Assembly: GCA_022605425.2 (NCBI GenBank)
Contig: CM061255.1
Location: 620,001-684,000, forward strand
Direction: 5' to 3'
From: Hamiltosporidium tvaerminnensis FI-OER-3-3
Taxonomy: Eukaryota > Fungi > Microsporidia
DNA length: 64,000 nucleotides
A model generated the notes under the pieces. That model had not been told where the DNA came from. It did no database searches and was given only the letters and a program-made list of their open reading frames with translations. How positions within the stretch are numbered: position 1 is the first letter of the stretch; every line of letters begins with the position of its first letter. The translations under genes and the position numbers were made by a program. Of this stretch, positions 49,332-62,342 are shown piece after piece.

Positions 49332-49826
49332 TTATTTTTTAATAACCTTTGAAATCTTAAGATCTTCAATAGCAAGATAATCTTTAGCTGTAACCGCAGT
49401 AAAAACAACCTCTCCTTCATTAGCAAGAAAATATTCTTTAATTTTAGAAAGATCAGATTCTTGAATACGATTAAGCTGTAAATACTCAATATCTTCATTA
49501 CCACCTGTGGTATTGGCTTGTACACACAAAGAATCGTTATCTTCGTCTACATCAACAAGTACATACGATTTCTTTTTAAGTTCTACTTTGTTAAGTTTTA
49601 TTCCTCCATTAAATTGCTTGGTAATGTTTTTGCCGCTTCCTAAAATTTGCCCTTCTAAAATTACTTTGGCAGCACCATGTTTACCAGTCTTTACTTTTGA
49701 AATATCTGATACTTTATAGTATTCTATTTTGTTGGCAGAATCAAGCATTATTATATTTCCGGATTTAACATCAGAAGCACATACAGATTCATAAGCTTGT
49801 TCTTCTTCTTCTAACAAAACTGCCAT
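49332..49826 (-). CDS. eIF5A: Translation factor eIF5A
   Basis: Hypusine-site motif KTGKHGAAKV. Start MAVLLEEE at 49826 preceded by aaccctt. Confidence 0.9.
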   Translation of the reverse strand: MAVLLEEEEQAYESVCASDVKSGNIIMLDSANKIEYYKVSDISKVKTGKHGAAKVILEGQILGSGKNITKQFNGGIKLNKVELKKKSYVLVDVDEDNDSLCVQANTTGGNEDIEYLQLNRIQESDLSKIKEYFLANEGEVVFTAVTAKDYLAIEDLKISKVIKK

Positions 49827-49969
49827 TGAAGGGTTTATAATTTTCACATTAAATATTTTAAAATTTTTAATTTTGACATAAATGAAAAAAAAAGAAATGG
49901 AAATGATTGACATGTGTTTGTTAATTAAATATTTATAATTTAATTATGTCCTTGTAATGAGCTCGGTTA

Positions 49970-50745
49970 AGACTATACTAGACGGTATAATGAAGTGGTT
50001 AGATTCCCGTACCTTATTCTTCTAAATAAATATAAATTTAAGTCTTCAAGACAAATTAGAAGTCATTCGGTTCAAGAAGTTTTAAAAACGAGTATGCGGA
50101 AATAAGAGAGACACAAAAGTAAAACCGTTTTTAAGATTCGGCATAATGGATCGAATATATTTATTTTAGATAAGAGAAAATATGATAACACTCACTGAAT
50201 TAGGGATTACTTCACAAGATTCACTTCAAATAATTTAAATTGAAAAACTTAGAAAGTATAACTTATTAGCAAATAGGTTGGGTCTTATTTATAAGTGTAG
50301 TGTTGAGATAATTCCTAATATGAACCTGGGACGGTATTGTGACCAAATACTATAAGACTTATGTTAAAAGACTACGGATAGTTATGAATATAGAGGCATA
50401 CATTCAGTTTATAGTAATAAGAATACAGTCGAAACCACTTACTTTGATCAACATAGAGGACTTATGTCAGGGTCTATCCCGAAAAGAGCTGTACAAAGCG
50501 TCATTAAGTGCTATGAAGGAGCTGAGATATATTAACAACTAACACACCATTCAAGGCAAGTAGATAGCGAAGAAGATGGTGTTAAAAAAGTAATAGATAA
50601 AATATCTTATCCCCTATTATTTTAGTTCCTTTAATTACAGTTAAGGAAAGACAATAAACATAAAGGAAGAGTCGGATTGAGAAGCAGAGAAAGAAGTGAT
50701 TAAAATTCGGAAAATAATATACAAAAGAACATAAATTAATTAAAT
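49970..50745 (+). mobile_element. 5'-truncated degenerate LINE fragment (endonuclease region to 3' end)
   Basis: gactatactagacggtataatgaagtggttaga (DYTRR.NEVVR), gggattacttcacaagattcacttcaaata (GITSQDSLQI), tgggacggtattgtgaccaaatac (WDGIVTKY); ends attaaata. Confidence 0.9.
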
Positions 50746-51450
50746 AATATGTCTTCGCAATTGATTATGTATATTTTATTTACAAGGAAATAGAAAACTA
50801 CATTCAAGGTTATATAAAGCACGAAATAATTATCTCATTTGGGGGTTCATTCTTATGGAATACAAAGAAATTACAAATCAAAATATGTAAACATGTTTTG
50901 ATATATTCGGAAAATTATTGCATTTTATTTGCAGGAATGGTAAGATGAAAGATAAAACAACATGATCATTCTAAAATGCCAATAGACAAACCAAAAATTT
51001 CAAGAAACAAATTTCAAACAAGGCATAAACTTCATATTGAAGCGTGCGGCTTTTGTATCTACTTATTCTCTATATTAATATTTAAATAATTAAAATAAAT
51101 TAAGAGTTACATATATAAAAAATCCAAAAGCATATAATTACAAATAAATATGACCATAGATTTAAAATTTCTAACTCAATTAAATTGTTGAAAAAAAAAT
51201 GTTAAATGTTTACAAAATGTGTGAAAAATTTTATAATTTTATTTGTTTAACAAAATGAAAGTAAAAATAAATCCATTAATTGTTTAAAATACATTTTAAA
51301 CACATATGTACTACTTACCTATATTAAGAACGTTTAAACCATACAATAAAAATATTTATTACGGGTAACAATCAAAGACAAATATTTTAACTCTAAAATA
51401 AAATAAAAATTTTTAAGAAAGTTGTTAAATAGACATTTTTATATAAATGT

Positions 51451-51726
51451 TTAATCATCTTTTTTTCTGTTCATAAAATATATCACTATACCAATAATGG
51501 CTAGAATAAGTATCGCACCACCTATATACCACATTTTATGCTCTTTAATATGATTCATAAACCCACCTTTATCATCTTTATTCTCTTTATTCTCTTTATT
51601 CTCTTTATTCTCTTTATTCTCTTTATTCTCTTCACTTTCACCTTCGGTACACTTTACATTACTTCTAAATACAATTGCAGACAATAAAACAGTTTGAAGG
51701 AAACGAGCAAGATTAGCGAAATTCAT
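51451..51726 (-). CDS. Small type-I membrane/surface protein with ENK repeats
   Basis: Signal peptide, (ENK)x6 from a 9-bp repeat, TM helix WYIGGAILILAIIGIVIYF, basic tail. Confidence 0.8.
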   Translation of the reverse strand: MNFANLARFLQTVLLSAIVFRSNVKCTEGESEENKENKENKENKENKENKDDKGGFMNHIKEHKMWYIGGAILILAIIGIVIYFMNRKKDD

Positions 51727-52249
51727 AAAACTTAAAATTTTAGTTCTTTTATATTTTTACAAAAACTAATTACCAATCAAATAATTCATAAAATCACATT
51801 CTGGTCTTCGTTTTTTAATTTACTCCTTTAATTGATTTCAATAATTTTAATACTAAGAACCAACAATATATTACGTAAATAATATAATTTATTATAAATA
51901 CATGTTATTGGTTCTTATCTTATCAAATCATTGGTAATTACATTACCAATAATATATTATCAGTGTTTAATTTAAAATATGAATTTCAACTGACAAATTA
52001 AAATCAAGCTAAACATCAGATCATTTAAATAAAATTCAATAAATCTCTTTCAACAGATTAAAAAAATATAGTAAATAAACAATTTTATTAAATTGTAAAC
52101 CAATAACTTAAAAGTACACTTGTATAACAAATTCTCTTTGATTATATTTTTATTAAAAGCGTAAATTAAACAATATCTTATGAAATTGGTATCAATTAAT
52201 AGTTGATTGTCATATATTTCTAATACAATGTAATATAAAAGATATTTAA

Positions 52250-52350
52250 TGATATTAGAAAGATATTAGAAAGATATTAGAAAATTATTCGATAATATTA
52301 GAAAATTATTAGATAATATTAGAAAGATATTAAAATGATATTAAAATGAT
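52250..52350. repeat. 11-bp minisatellite (gatattagaaa)n
   Basis: Direct inspection. Confidence 0.75.
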
Positions 52351-53536
52351 AATTGTATAAGAAAATATTAGAATGGCATGATGGTGATATTAAAAGATAT
52401 CAAAAATTGTAAAAATATATGAAAAAGAAACAAAGAGGATACAAGAAAGACATTATAAAGATATAAGAATGTTACAATAAAGAGATAATAAGTCTTTGAG
52501 AAGATATTAAAATATACGAAAATTATATTTTTTTAGTTTGTATTATAATTAAAAACTTAATACGATTTTTATTAAACTGTTTATTCAAAATAATGTCTTT
52601 ACTTTCGGTAAATTTGTTACAAATTAATTTTAAATTTCAATCTTTAAAAAAAATCTGGGTTTTTCCAGCAGAAAAATCGATAAAATCAATTGAACATCGA
52701 AAAATGTTTTTTTATTAACATTTGTGTGGCTTGGTATTCTTATAGATGAATTATATATTACAATTGAAAATTAAATGAGTGTAAATAAGTTTTAAAATAT
52801 ATTTATATTTTGATTTTAGACAGTTTTTTATTTGTTTAAATTTAGAAGTAAATTATCATTTATATAAAGTTTAATTAAAAATGTTTTAAAGAATAAAGTT
52901 ATTTGTAATGTAATAAATAAGTCTATTAAATATTTATACTTCTAACTTATTTATTAGAAAAAAGAAAAAAAATTTCTAGAAAAATACTAAATTTCTAGAA
53001 ATATTCGATTTTGATCTGACAACCTGAATAAATTCTATAATTTTACAACAAAATAGAAGAATTTAAAGAAATGTTTTATAATTCATTCTCTAATGATACA
53101 AATAAATAATATAAACCGTAAATAAATTGAGAATATTAAGAAATTTTTAATTCATTCACCCACATAAATACGAATTATAATATAAGTCTCAAAGCAAAGA
53201 GTATACAAAACAAGTTTTTTAAATAATTCTCTCACATAAATACGAAAAAATACTATAAGTCTCAAAGCAGAGAATTTGAAGAAATGTTTTATAATTCATT
53301 CTCTCATATAAATTTAAATTCATACTATTTTTTTTTCCTAAGTACAAAGTAAAAATATAAGTTGCAAAATGATCATTTAGTCTTTATATTCATGCCAAAT
53401 CCTTTTTTGACACATTTTTTTAAAATAATTAAATATTTATAAAAAAAAAAGTATTTCTCTTCTAAATCTGTCTTCTTCTCATTTTATAAAAAAAAAATAA
53501 TTTTTAATATAAACACACAAAAAAAAAGAAAGGGTT

Positions 53537-54433
53537 ATGGATAAAAGAAAGACACTTAAAGTAATAAGAACACCAGATAACAGTTTCAATCTCAACCCAG
53601 ACGACACATTGTTTTTAGAAACACCAAACATAAAAAGTAAACAAAAAAAGAATGTAAAATACTACGACACCACCGACATAAACATACAAGATACATTCGA
53701 ACAAGACGAACCAAATACATTTTTAAATAAATGTACACGTATTTTTGAAAAATTAATCTCTACATCAATATTTCTATGGAATATAAATTTTGTTAAATTC
53801 TTTTTAATATTTTCATGCGCATTTTTTTTCGAGAATTTCTTGCATAAAAAAAACAATTTTGATTCTGAAATTTTAACAGAAATAAAAAAAGACTTTTTAA
53901 ATTTACAAGAAGAAACCACCAATTTGTCTCTCAAACTCACCCAAATCCTCCAAACACCCACCAAACCCAAACAACCAAAAATCACACAAAATTACGCACT
54001 TCCTGAAACAGGCGCATCAATCTGTTACACTGAAACTTCACCTATCTATAAACACTGGCTATTCAGATTCATCACAGGAAAAGACCCACTCATCCTACTC
54101 ACCAGCAACCTTCTACCCACCCAGTGCTTCTCTTTCAACGGCACCACAGGAAAAATACGCATAAATTTCAAAAAACCCATAAAAATTTCACATTTTTCCA
54201 TTTTTCACCCAAACACAAAAAACAAAACCTCCGCTCCAAAAGATTTTGAAATCCAAACACAAAACACCACATTACACACATACAAATACGACATAACCAA
54301 CACACAACTACAAACATTCAACCTTCATACTCAACCCACCACAAATAATATTATTTTCCACATAAAAAATAACCATGGAAATACCAAATACACTTCCATC
54401 TACAGAATATACATATTCGGAGAAAATATTTAA
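53537..54433 (+). CDS. SUN-domain (Sad1/UNC-84) nuclear envelope protein
   Basis: TM segment, coiled coil, then NYA...GA, CFSFNG, SAPKDF, NNHGNTKYTSIYRIYIFG; ggg upstream of the ATG. Confidence 0.88.
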   Translation: MDKRKTLKVIRTPDNSFNLNPDDTLFLETPNIKSKQKKNVKYYDTTDINIQDTFEQDEPNTFLNKCTRIFEKLISTSIFLWNINFVKFFLIFSCAFFFENFLHKKNNFDSEILTEIKKDFLNLQEETTNLSLKLTQILQTPTKPKQPKITQNYALPETGASICYTETSPIYKHWLFRFITGKDPLILLTSNLLPTQCFSFNGTTGKIRINFKKPIKISHFSIFHPNTKNKTSAPKDFEIQTQNTTLHTYKYDITNTQLQTFNLHTQPTTNNIIFHIKNNHGNTKYTSIYRIYIFGENI

Positions 54434-54439
54434 AAAATA

Positions 54440-54800
54440 AATATTTTAGTAATTTAATATTTTCAATGGTTCTTTAATATTTTAATATTTGTAATTTAGT
54501 ATTTTAATATTTGTAATTTAGTAATTTAGTGTTTTAGATGGTTCTTTACTATTTTCAATGGTTCTTTACTAATTTAGTGTTTTACTATTATTTTTAATAT
54601 TTTACTATTTTCAATGGTTTTTTACTAATTTAGTGTTTTACTATTATTTTTAATTTTTAATATTTTACTATTTTCAATGGTTCTTTACTAATTTAGTGTT
54701 TTACTATTATTTTTAATTTTTAATATTTTACTATTTTTAATGGTTTTTTACTAATTTAGTGTTTTACTATTATTTTTAATTTTTTAATATTTTTTTATTT
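54440..54800 (+). repeat. ~58-bp tandem repeat after the SUN gene
   Basis: ttttactattttcaatggtt[c/t]tttactaatttagtgttttactattatttttaat about 4 times. Confidence 0.85.
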
Positions 54801-54825
54801 ACTATCACACTTTTTTTAAAAATTA

Positions 54826-55990
<1,165 letters not shown>

Positions 55991-56104
55991 AAAATTTTAT
56001 TAAATAAATTACTATCACACTTTTATATTTTAATATTTTTTTATCTTACCATTATATCTTTATATTTAATTTAAAAATTAAAATTAATATCCCAACAAAC
56101 TTTA

Positions 56105-56317
56105 ATAAACCCCTAACCCTTACTAACCTTACTAACAACATACTACATACTACATATTAACACCCCCCCTCACTTAACAACATACTACATACAGTACTAA
56201 CAACATACTACATAACAACATATTAACCCTTACTAACAACATACTACATATTAACACCCCCCTCACTTAACAACATATTAACACAACCTACATATTAACA
56301 CCCCCTACTAATACCCC
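56105..56317. repeat. C/A-rich tandem repeat beyond the P5 ATPase stop
   Basis: ctaacaacatactacatattaacaccccc(ctcactt) units. Confidence 0.8.
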
Positions 56318-59300
56318 TCACTTAATACACCTCCCCCTTTTCATACCAAAAACCTTAAAAAAAAACTTTTCCCCCAAAACGCATAAAAACAAATCCAAAC
56401 AAACAACAAAAAATATAAAATTTCGAAAAGAATCCTCAATCCTTACAACCTCCATATACCGACTAAAATCCTCATTTACTCTAAACAACAACATAACAAA
56501 CACACAACTCACACCAACCAAACAATTTCTTAAATGAAAATTTTCACTTAAACTTTCTCTAAAAGGTCTACCAATATAATTTACTATAAACGTTGATATC
56601 TGTTGATAAACAGATATAAGAAATAAAGAAGTATTCATCAAACTCGGTACAAACTTTTCATTATATACAACCTTCTCATACTTCTCTGATTCCCACATCA
56701 CAACTAAAAAAGATAAAATATGCACTAAAACTTGAAATATTACACTTCCCATCACATAAAAATTAAAAATGTTACAAACAGGTCTCTCAACACTTATTTC
56801 CTCTAAACTCTTACTTCTTGTTAAAAACATAAAAGCAAAAGCAATTAACACCCCACTTATCACCATCTGTACATCTCCAAATCTAACACCCATAGAATCT
56901 AAAAAACTTAACCCAAAAGCTGTTATTAAAGAATTTAAAGCTAAAATTTTATACATTTGAATTGTAGTTACTAAAGTAGATCTTCCTTGTTTTATAACAT
57001 CTACAACACTACCTATAGAATTAGTCTTAGCAGTAAAATGAGCAGCACAACTAGCATCACCTAATCTAACCTTTCTCTCATCCCCCTGGACAAAGGGGTT
57101 AGTGATAGTATTAGGGTTGTTGTTAGGGTTGTTGTTAGTATTAGAGTTGTTGTTAGGGTTGTTGTTAGTATTAGTATAAGTAGGGTTATTACTAACACCA
57201 CCCTTACTACCATCCCTATTACTAACACCACCCTCCCTATTACTAACACCATCCTTATAAACACCATCCTTACCACCACCCACACCCTTACTACCATCCC
57301 TACCACTAACACTACTATAACACTCCACTAGTGCTACTCCTATGTCTGCACACTTCAATGCCCCTACATCATTAGTACCATCACCACACATAAGAGTAAC
57401 ACACCCTTCTTTCTTATACCTCTCAATAATACCCTCTTTATGTTTAGGATCTGCTCTACTAAAAACACTAAAACTTAAAAAATTATTATTTTTTAAAACT
57501 TCTTCAATTTCTTCTCCATCACACACATTACCATTATAAAACCCTAATTTACGTGCTACACAACATGCTGTCATCTTATTATCTCCTGTAATCATAACTA
57601 CTTTCATACCACCTTTTATTAGATTTTCAACTGCTCTCTCACTTCCTTCTTTTATTTTACTTTCAAATAACACAAAACCACAGAAATTTAAATCTGACTC
57701 TAAATAAGACCTATCATTTAAAGGGTTATAATTAGAGAGGGTGATATTATTATTGTTGTTGTTATTGTTGTTAGTGATAAGGGTGTTACTACTCTTATCC
57801 CTACTACTACTCTTACTACTACTATCCCTACTACTACTACTCTTATCCCTACTACTAATATCCCTACTACTACTCTTATTACTCTTATTACTATCCCTAC
57901 CACCACACACCCTACCACTACCCCCACTACCACTACCACATATATCCTTATACGCTATACTTATAATTCTATACCCTAACCTTGCATACTCCTCATACAC
58001 ACTATCATACCACACAGGTACTTCTTTCAAATAACACTTAACTACCTCTGGTGCTCCTTTCATACCAACATATACATTACCTTCTTCATTCTCTCCTATA
58101 ACAGTCATTCTTCTTAATTCACTACAAAAATCATATTTCTTAATAATTTTATATAATATATTATTATAAATAACACCCTTTTTACTTAAATACATATTAA
58201 AATAAGAAATTATTGTTGTTTCTAAAGGATCACCTATTAAAGTACCTTCTAAGTCAACAACACTATGACACGTAGCAAGGACCTTAGCAATATTTGTATT
58301 TATTGGTGAGGGTGTGTTAGGGGTAGTAATAAGGGTTGTATTTAGGGTTGTATTTAGGGTAGTGTTTAGGGTAGTGTTTAGGGTAGTGTTTAGGGTAGTG
58401 TTATTATCCTTTATATCCCTATTACTACTATCCCTATTACTACTATCCTTATTATCTAACATATCCCTACCACCATCCCTACTAATATCCCTACTAATAT
58501 CCCTACCACCATCCCCACTACTAATATCCCCACTACCACCATCCCCACCCCCCACTACTATACCACACATCCTTAGTCCTGTCTCGGTAAGTGTTCCTGT
58601 CTTATCAAAACATATAACATCTACTTTACCTGCTGTTGGTATACGATATGCTTCTAAACAAAATATACCTTTTAATATTAAAGATTGTATAGAATTATTA
58701 ATAGCAATACTAAGTTCTAAAGGTAATTCAGGTGGTACAACATTAGTAAGAATAATAATTGTTTCTAAAAATAATTTATAATTATTTTTAATATTAAAAC
58801 TATTATAAATATTATAAATACTAGAAATTATAGCAAAGAAAAGAAGAAAAAGAATAAAGAAAAACGGTTCTTTTTCATGTCTTATTTCTGTATTTGTCAT
58901 TTTCTTTATCAGTTTACCTTGTTGTGTACTGAAAGAGGTTCTTAAGACATATAAGGTAAGAGAAGTACATTTTATTATTTTAGTACCACTGAAAAGGACG
59001 AATTTTTTATGATTTATAAGGCAGAAGGAATCATATATATTGGTATTAGTAGTATGGTTGTTGGTATTAGGGTTAGTATTGGTATTAGTATTAGTATTGG
59101 TACTGGTATTAGTATTAGTATTAGTATTAGTATGGTTATTGGTACTGGTATTAGTATCACTAGCGTTAGTATCACTAGCGTTAGTATCTATATTACTTAT
59201 GTCTAAGTCACTAGTATTATCTATATCACTATCACTAATGCTTAGCTTTGTTGATGGTGTTGATTCTCCTGTTAACATACTCTCATCTACTACACATGTA

Positions 59301-60547
59301 CCTTTTAATATAAGAAGGTCTGCTGGTACTTGACAAGGGTTATCTATAACAATAATATCACCAGGATAGATATTAGCAGTATTAACATAAGTAGTATTGG
59401 TATTCTTATTACTGGTATTGCTGGTATTATTACTGGTATTCTTGTTTTTATTCTTATTACTGGTATTCTTGTTTTTATTCTTATTACTATTCTTATTATC
59501 TAACATATTACTATTCTTATTACTATCCCTATTACTATTACTACTATCCCTATTATTACTATCCCTATTACTATCCCTAAAATCCATATTAACATCACTA
59601 TTACACTTAACTTGCTTTATTGCTTTTACTTCAAATGTCTCGTGGTTCATAGATTGGAATTCTTTTAAATTTCTAAGTCTTTGGAATACAAGAGTAATTT
59701 CAAATATAACAAGTAATGCCATAGTAAGTAAAGAATGATAAACATATTCATCTAAACACCAAAGAATAGAACAAAACATTTGAAATACAAAGAATGGAGA
59801 TACAGCGTGTTCAAGGAATAGAGAAGTAAAAGAAGGATGTGGAAATGTAAATATGTTGGGTGGGTGGTGGTAAAGAAGAAGAGGAGATAGAATTGGTGTG
59901 TGAGTGGTATAGAAGGAGAAAGGATGTGTGGTTTCTACTTTTATTTTTGTAATTTTATAATCTTTTTTGTTGAATTCTACGATGAAAGGTGTTTTGTTGT
60001 GTGAGAAAGTAAAAATATTATTTTTAAAGTTTGATTTGAAGAGTTTGTAAAGATTATTTTTAAAGAAAATATATTCAGGGGTGGGGGTGTATTGTTTGAT
60101 ATTTGGTTTGATATTAGTATTGGTAAGTTTGATATTAGTATTTTGTTTGCTATTACTATTATCATTAGTAATATTATCATATTTTTCATTATCATATTTT
60201 TCATTATTAGTATTGTATTTATCATTATTCTTATCACTACTAATATCACTACTAATATCACCACAAATATACCCACTATTATCCTCTCTATTATCCTCTC
60301 TATTATCATCAGTATTATCATCAGTATTGTTATCTCCCCTACTGTTGGGTGATACTGAGGTTAGTGATACTGCAATGTAACACTTAGGTGACCAAAAGGT
60401 TGTAAGAAACATAAAAAGACTAACAAGTAAACAAAAGAAAGGAGCTATGTGGTATGAATTAAATACTTTTATAAGTATAGGGAGTATAAGTATAGGGATT
60501 GTATATAAACGTGTGAATATGTTTCGGTGTTTGTAGAATGTTTTCAT
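56318..60547 (-). CDS. SPF1: P5A-type ATPase (Spf1/ATP13A1-like) with six low-complexity insertions
   Basis: PFFVFQ.F...LWCLDEY, LTGES, VVPPELPLEL, CFDKTGTLT, KGAPE, MITGDN, MCGDGTNDVGALK, QGRSTLVTTIQMYKILALN. Confidence 0.95.
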   Translation of the reverse strand: MKTFYKHRNIFTRLYTIPILILPILIKVFNSYHIAPFFCLLVSLFMFLTTFWSPKCYIAVSLTSVSPNSRGDNNTDDNTDDNREDNREDNSGYICGDISSDISSDKNNDKYNTNNEKYDNEKYDNITNDNSNSKQNTNIKLTNTNIKPNIKQYTPTPEYIFFKNNLYKLFKSNFKNNIFTFSHNKTPFIVEFNKKDYKITKIKVETTHPFSFYTTHTPILSPLLLYHHPPNIFTFPHPSFTSLFLEHAVSPFFVFQMFCSILWCLDEYVYHSLLTMALLVIFEITLVFQRLRNLKEFQSMNHETFEVKAIKQVKCNSDVNMDFRDSNRDSNNRDSSNSNRDSNKNSNMLDNKNSNKNKNKNTSNKNKNKNTSNNTSNTSNKNTNTTYVNTANIYPGDIIVIDNPCQVPADLLILKGTCVVDESMLTGESTPSTKLSISDSDIDNTSDLDISNIDTNASDTNASDTNTSTNNHTNTNTNTNTSTNTNTNTNTNPNTNNHTTNTNIYDSFCLINHKKFVLFSGTKIIKCTSLTLYVLRTSFSTQQGKLIKKMTNTEIRHEKEPFFFILFLLFFAIISSIYNIYNSFNIKNNYKLFLETIIILTNVVPPELPLELSIAINNSIQSLILKGIFCLEAYRIPTAGKVDVICFDKTGTLTETGLRMCGIVVGGGDGGSGDISSGDGGRDISRDISRDGGRDMLDNKDSSNRDSSNRDIKDNNTTLNTTLNTTLNTTLNTTLNTTLITTPNTPSPINTNIAKVLATCHSVVDLEGTLIGDPLETTIISYFNMYLSKKGVIYNNILYKIIKKYDFCSELRRMTVIGENEEGNVYVGMKGAPEVVKCYLKEVPVWYDSVYEEYARLGYRIISIAYKDICGSGSGGSGRVCGGRDSNKSNKSSSRDISSRDKSSSSRDSSSKSSSRDKSSNTLITNNNNNNNNNITLSNYNPLNDRSYLESDLNFCGFVLFESKIKEGSERAVENLIKGGMKVVMITGDNKMTACCVARKLGFYNGNVCDGEEIEEVLKNNNFLSFSVFSRADPKHKEGIIERYKKEGCVTLMCGDGTNDVGALKCADIGVALVECYSSVSGRDGSKGVGGGKDGVYKDGVSNREGGVSNRDGSKGGVSNNPTYTNTNNNPNNNSNTNNNPNNNPNTITNPFVQGDERKVRLGDASCAAHFTAKTNSIGSVVDVIKQGRSTLVTTIQMYKILALNSLITAFGLSFLDSMGVRFGDVQMVISGVLIAFAFMFLTRSKSLEEISVERPVCNIFNFYVMGSVIFQVLVHILSFLVVMWESEKYEKVVYNEKFVPSLMNTSLFLISVYQQISTFIVNYIGRPFRESLSENFHLRNCLVGVSCVFVMLLFRVNEDFSRYMEVVRIEDSFRNFIFFVVCLDLFLCVLGEKFFFKVFGMKRGRCIK

Positions 60548-60889
60548 ATTTGTTTTTATGGGTTGTAAGTAAAATTTTATATAAAAAATATTTGGGAAAT
60601 TAGAAAAAAGGTTTTTATGAAAATATTTGGGAAATTAAGAAATTAGGAAATTATTTTGGAAAAATAGAAAAGGATTAATAAGGTTTTTGGAAATTAGAAA
60701 ATGGTTTTAATCAGAAAGGTTTTAATAGGAAATTAATAAGGTTTTTAGAAATTAGAAATTAGAAAATTATTTGGGAAAAATATTTGGGAAATTAATGTAT
60801 TTTATGAAAAATAGAAATAATTAGAGAAAAATTAATAAGGTATAGCAAAATTATAAATAAGATAAAAACATAGATAAATGAAATTAGAG

Positions 60890-61050
60890 AGAAATAAAAT
60901 AAATGAAAATATAAAGAATTAATATTACTGAGTAACCTTGAAGTATAATTTAATATTTAATATATAATTATTTTTTAGTTTGATAAAATAAATGAAAATA
61001 TAAAGAATTAATATTACTGAGTAACCTTGAAGTATAATTTAATATTTAAT
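60890..61050. repeat. ~90-bp direct duplication
   Basis: ataaaataaatgaaaatataaagaattaatattactgagtaaccttgaagtataatttaatatttaat twice. Confidence 0.85.
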
Positions 61051-61324
61051 CCTTTATATTTAATATAGAATTATGTTTCTTTTATTGATAAAATATTTGA
61101 AAATATAAATTAATAATTTAAATAAGAGATTGAATATATTAAAAGAAATTTGATGAAAGAAAGGTAAACAAATGTATTTGAGGATAGGGTTAAGTATATA
61201 TAGGGTTAAAGAAGTATAGAAATTATTTTAAATTAAGAGATTTATAATTAAGAGTTATTGTGTGAATAAGAAATATTATTGGATATATTGTGAAATTTAT
61301 TGTTTACTTTACTGTTCGAATCAT

Positions 61325-61578
61325 ATGTTTAAAATTACTTTTGAACTTCTAATAGTTATTAGGTTGAAAATTACTTTGAACTTCTAATAGTTATTAGTAT
61401 TAAAACTTACTTTGATGTTCTATTAGTTATTAGGTTGAAAGTTGACTTTGATATTCTAATAGTTATTAGGTTGAAAGTTGACTTTGATATTCTAATAGTT
61501 ATTAGGTTTAAAATTACTTTGAACTTCTATTATCTATTAAGTTTAAAACTTACTTTTGAACTTCTATTAGTTATTAAG
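61325..61578. repeat. ~40-bp tandem repeat, about 6 units
   Basis: tactttgaacttctaatagttattaggttgaaaa variants. Confidence 0.85.
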
Positions 61579-61621
61579 CTTGTGTTATTGATAAGGAATT
61601 ATTGAATATTAGATTTATAAT

Positions 61622-62342
61622 TTTATTTACTAAATAACCCATTTTTTTTAAAATATGTAGCTCTTAAATATAGTTTTTATGACATTAACGCTGTTCTAGG
61701 TTTAACATAGATGATCTTATTTAATACATCATAAGTAGTTTTTAGGTACTCATGAATAAAAGCTTTTAGGTAAAAGAATGTGTGAAATGGATTAAATTCC
61801 AGTAACTAATGAAATTTTTTTTTGAATAGGTTTTCTGGGATATGATGCCGGGGCCGAAACAGTCTTGTATAAAAATACGAGTATTTCTCTGCTTATACTA
61901 CATAATTCAAATTAAATAGACATTCGGATACGAAATATCTCGGTGACTTATATTGATTAACATATATGTTACAATGTCATAACAATAGGTATAATCTGCT
62001 ACTTAAGTTTCTTTACTTTTTGAAAGAGAATGTTTTTTTTGTATTTCTCATGCGAAATCTATTGTAATTCGAGAGAGAAAGGCTAGGTTCATATACTTTT
62101 ACGTGTCTAGTATTTAAAATAAAACTCTATTTTATAATCTGATTAAATAAAAAATTACAAAAATAGTTCTTAAAAGAATTTTCAAATTGTGTAAACCGTT
62201 TCTCCTCCTTACTTAAATCTCCTTGGAACAAGTGAAAATTTTGTGTTGATTTCTTTCCACCGAAAATTCCTAAAATAAAATTAAAATACACTTCACACAT
62301 ATGTATTAAATTGATAGATTTTAATTTGATTACTTCTCTTCA
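61622..62342 (-). mobile_element. ~730-nt repeat, highly diverged copy
   Basis: + strand anchors atgacattaacgctgttctaggtttaacata, ggggccgaa, caatgtcata, aggtataatctgctactta, aaggctaggtt, ctcctc, ccac. Confidence 0.8.

Noticed and set aside
57061-60380. Many Leu/Val-rich ORFs overlapping the P5 ATPase
   Set aside because: Shadows of low-complexity insertions.
61325-61578. CRISPR-like array
   Set aside because: Contiguous tandem units without unique spacers, in a eukaryotic context with no cas genes.
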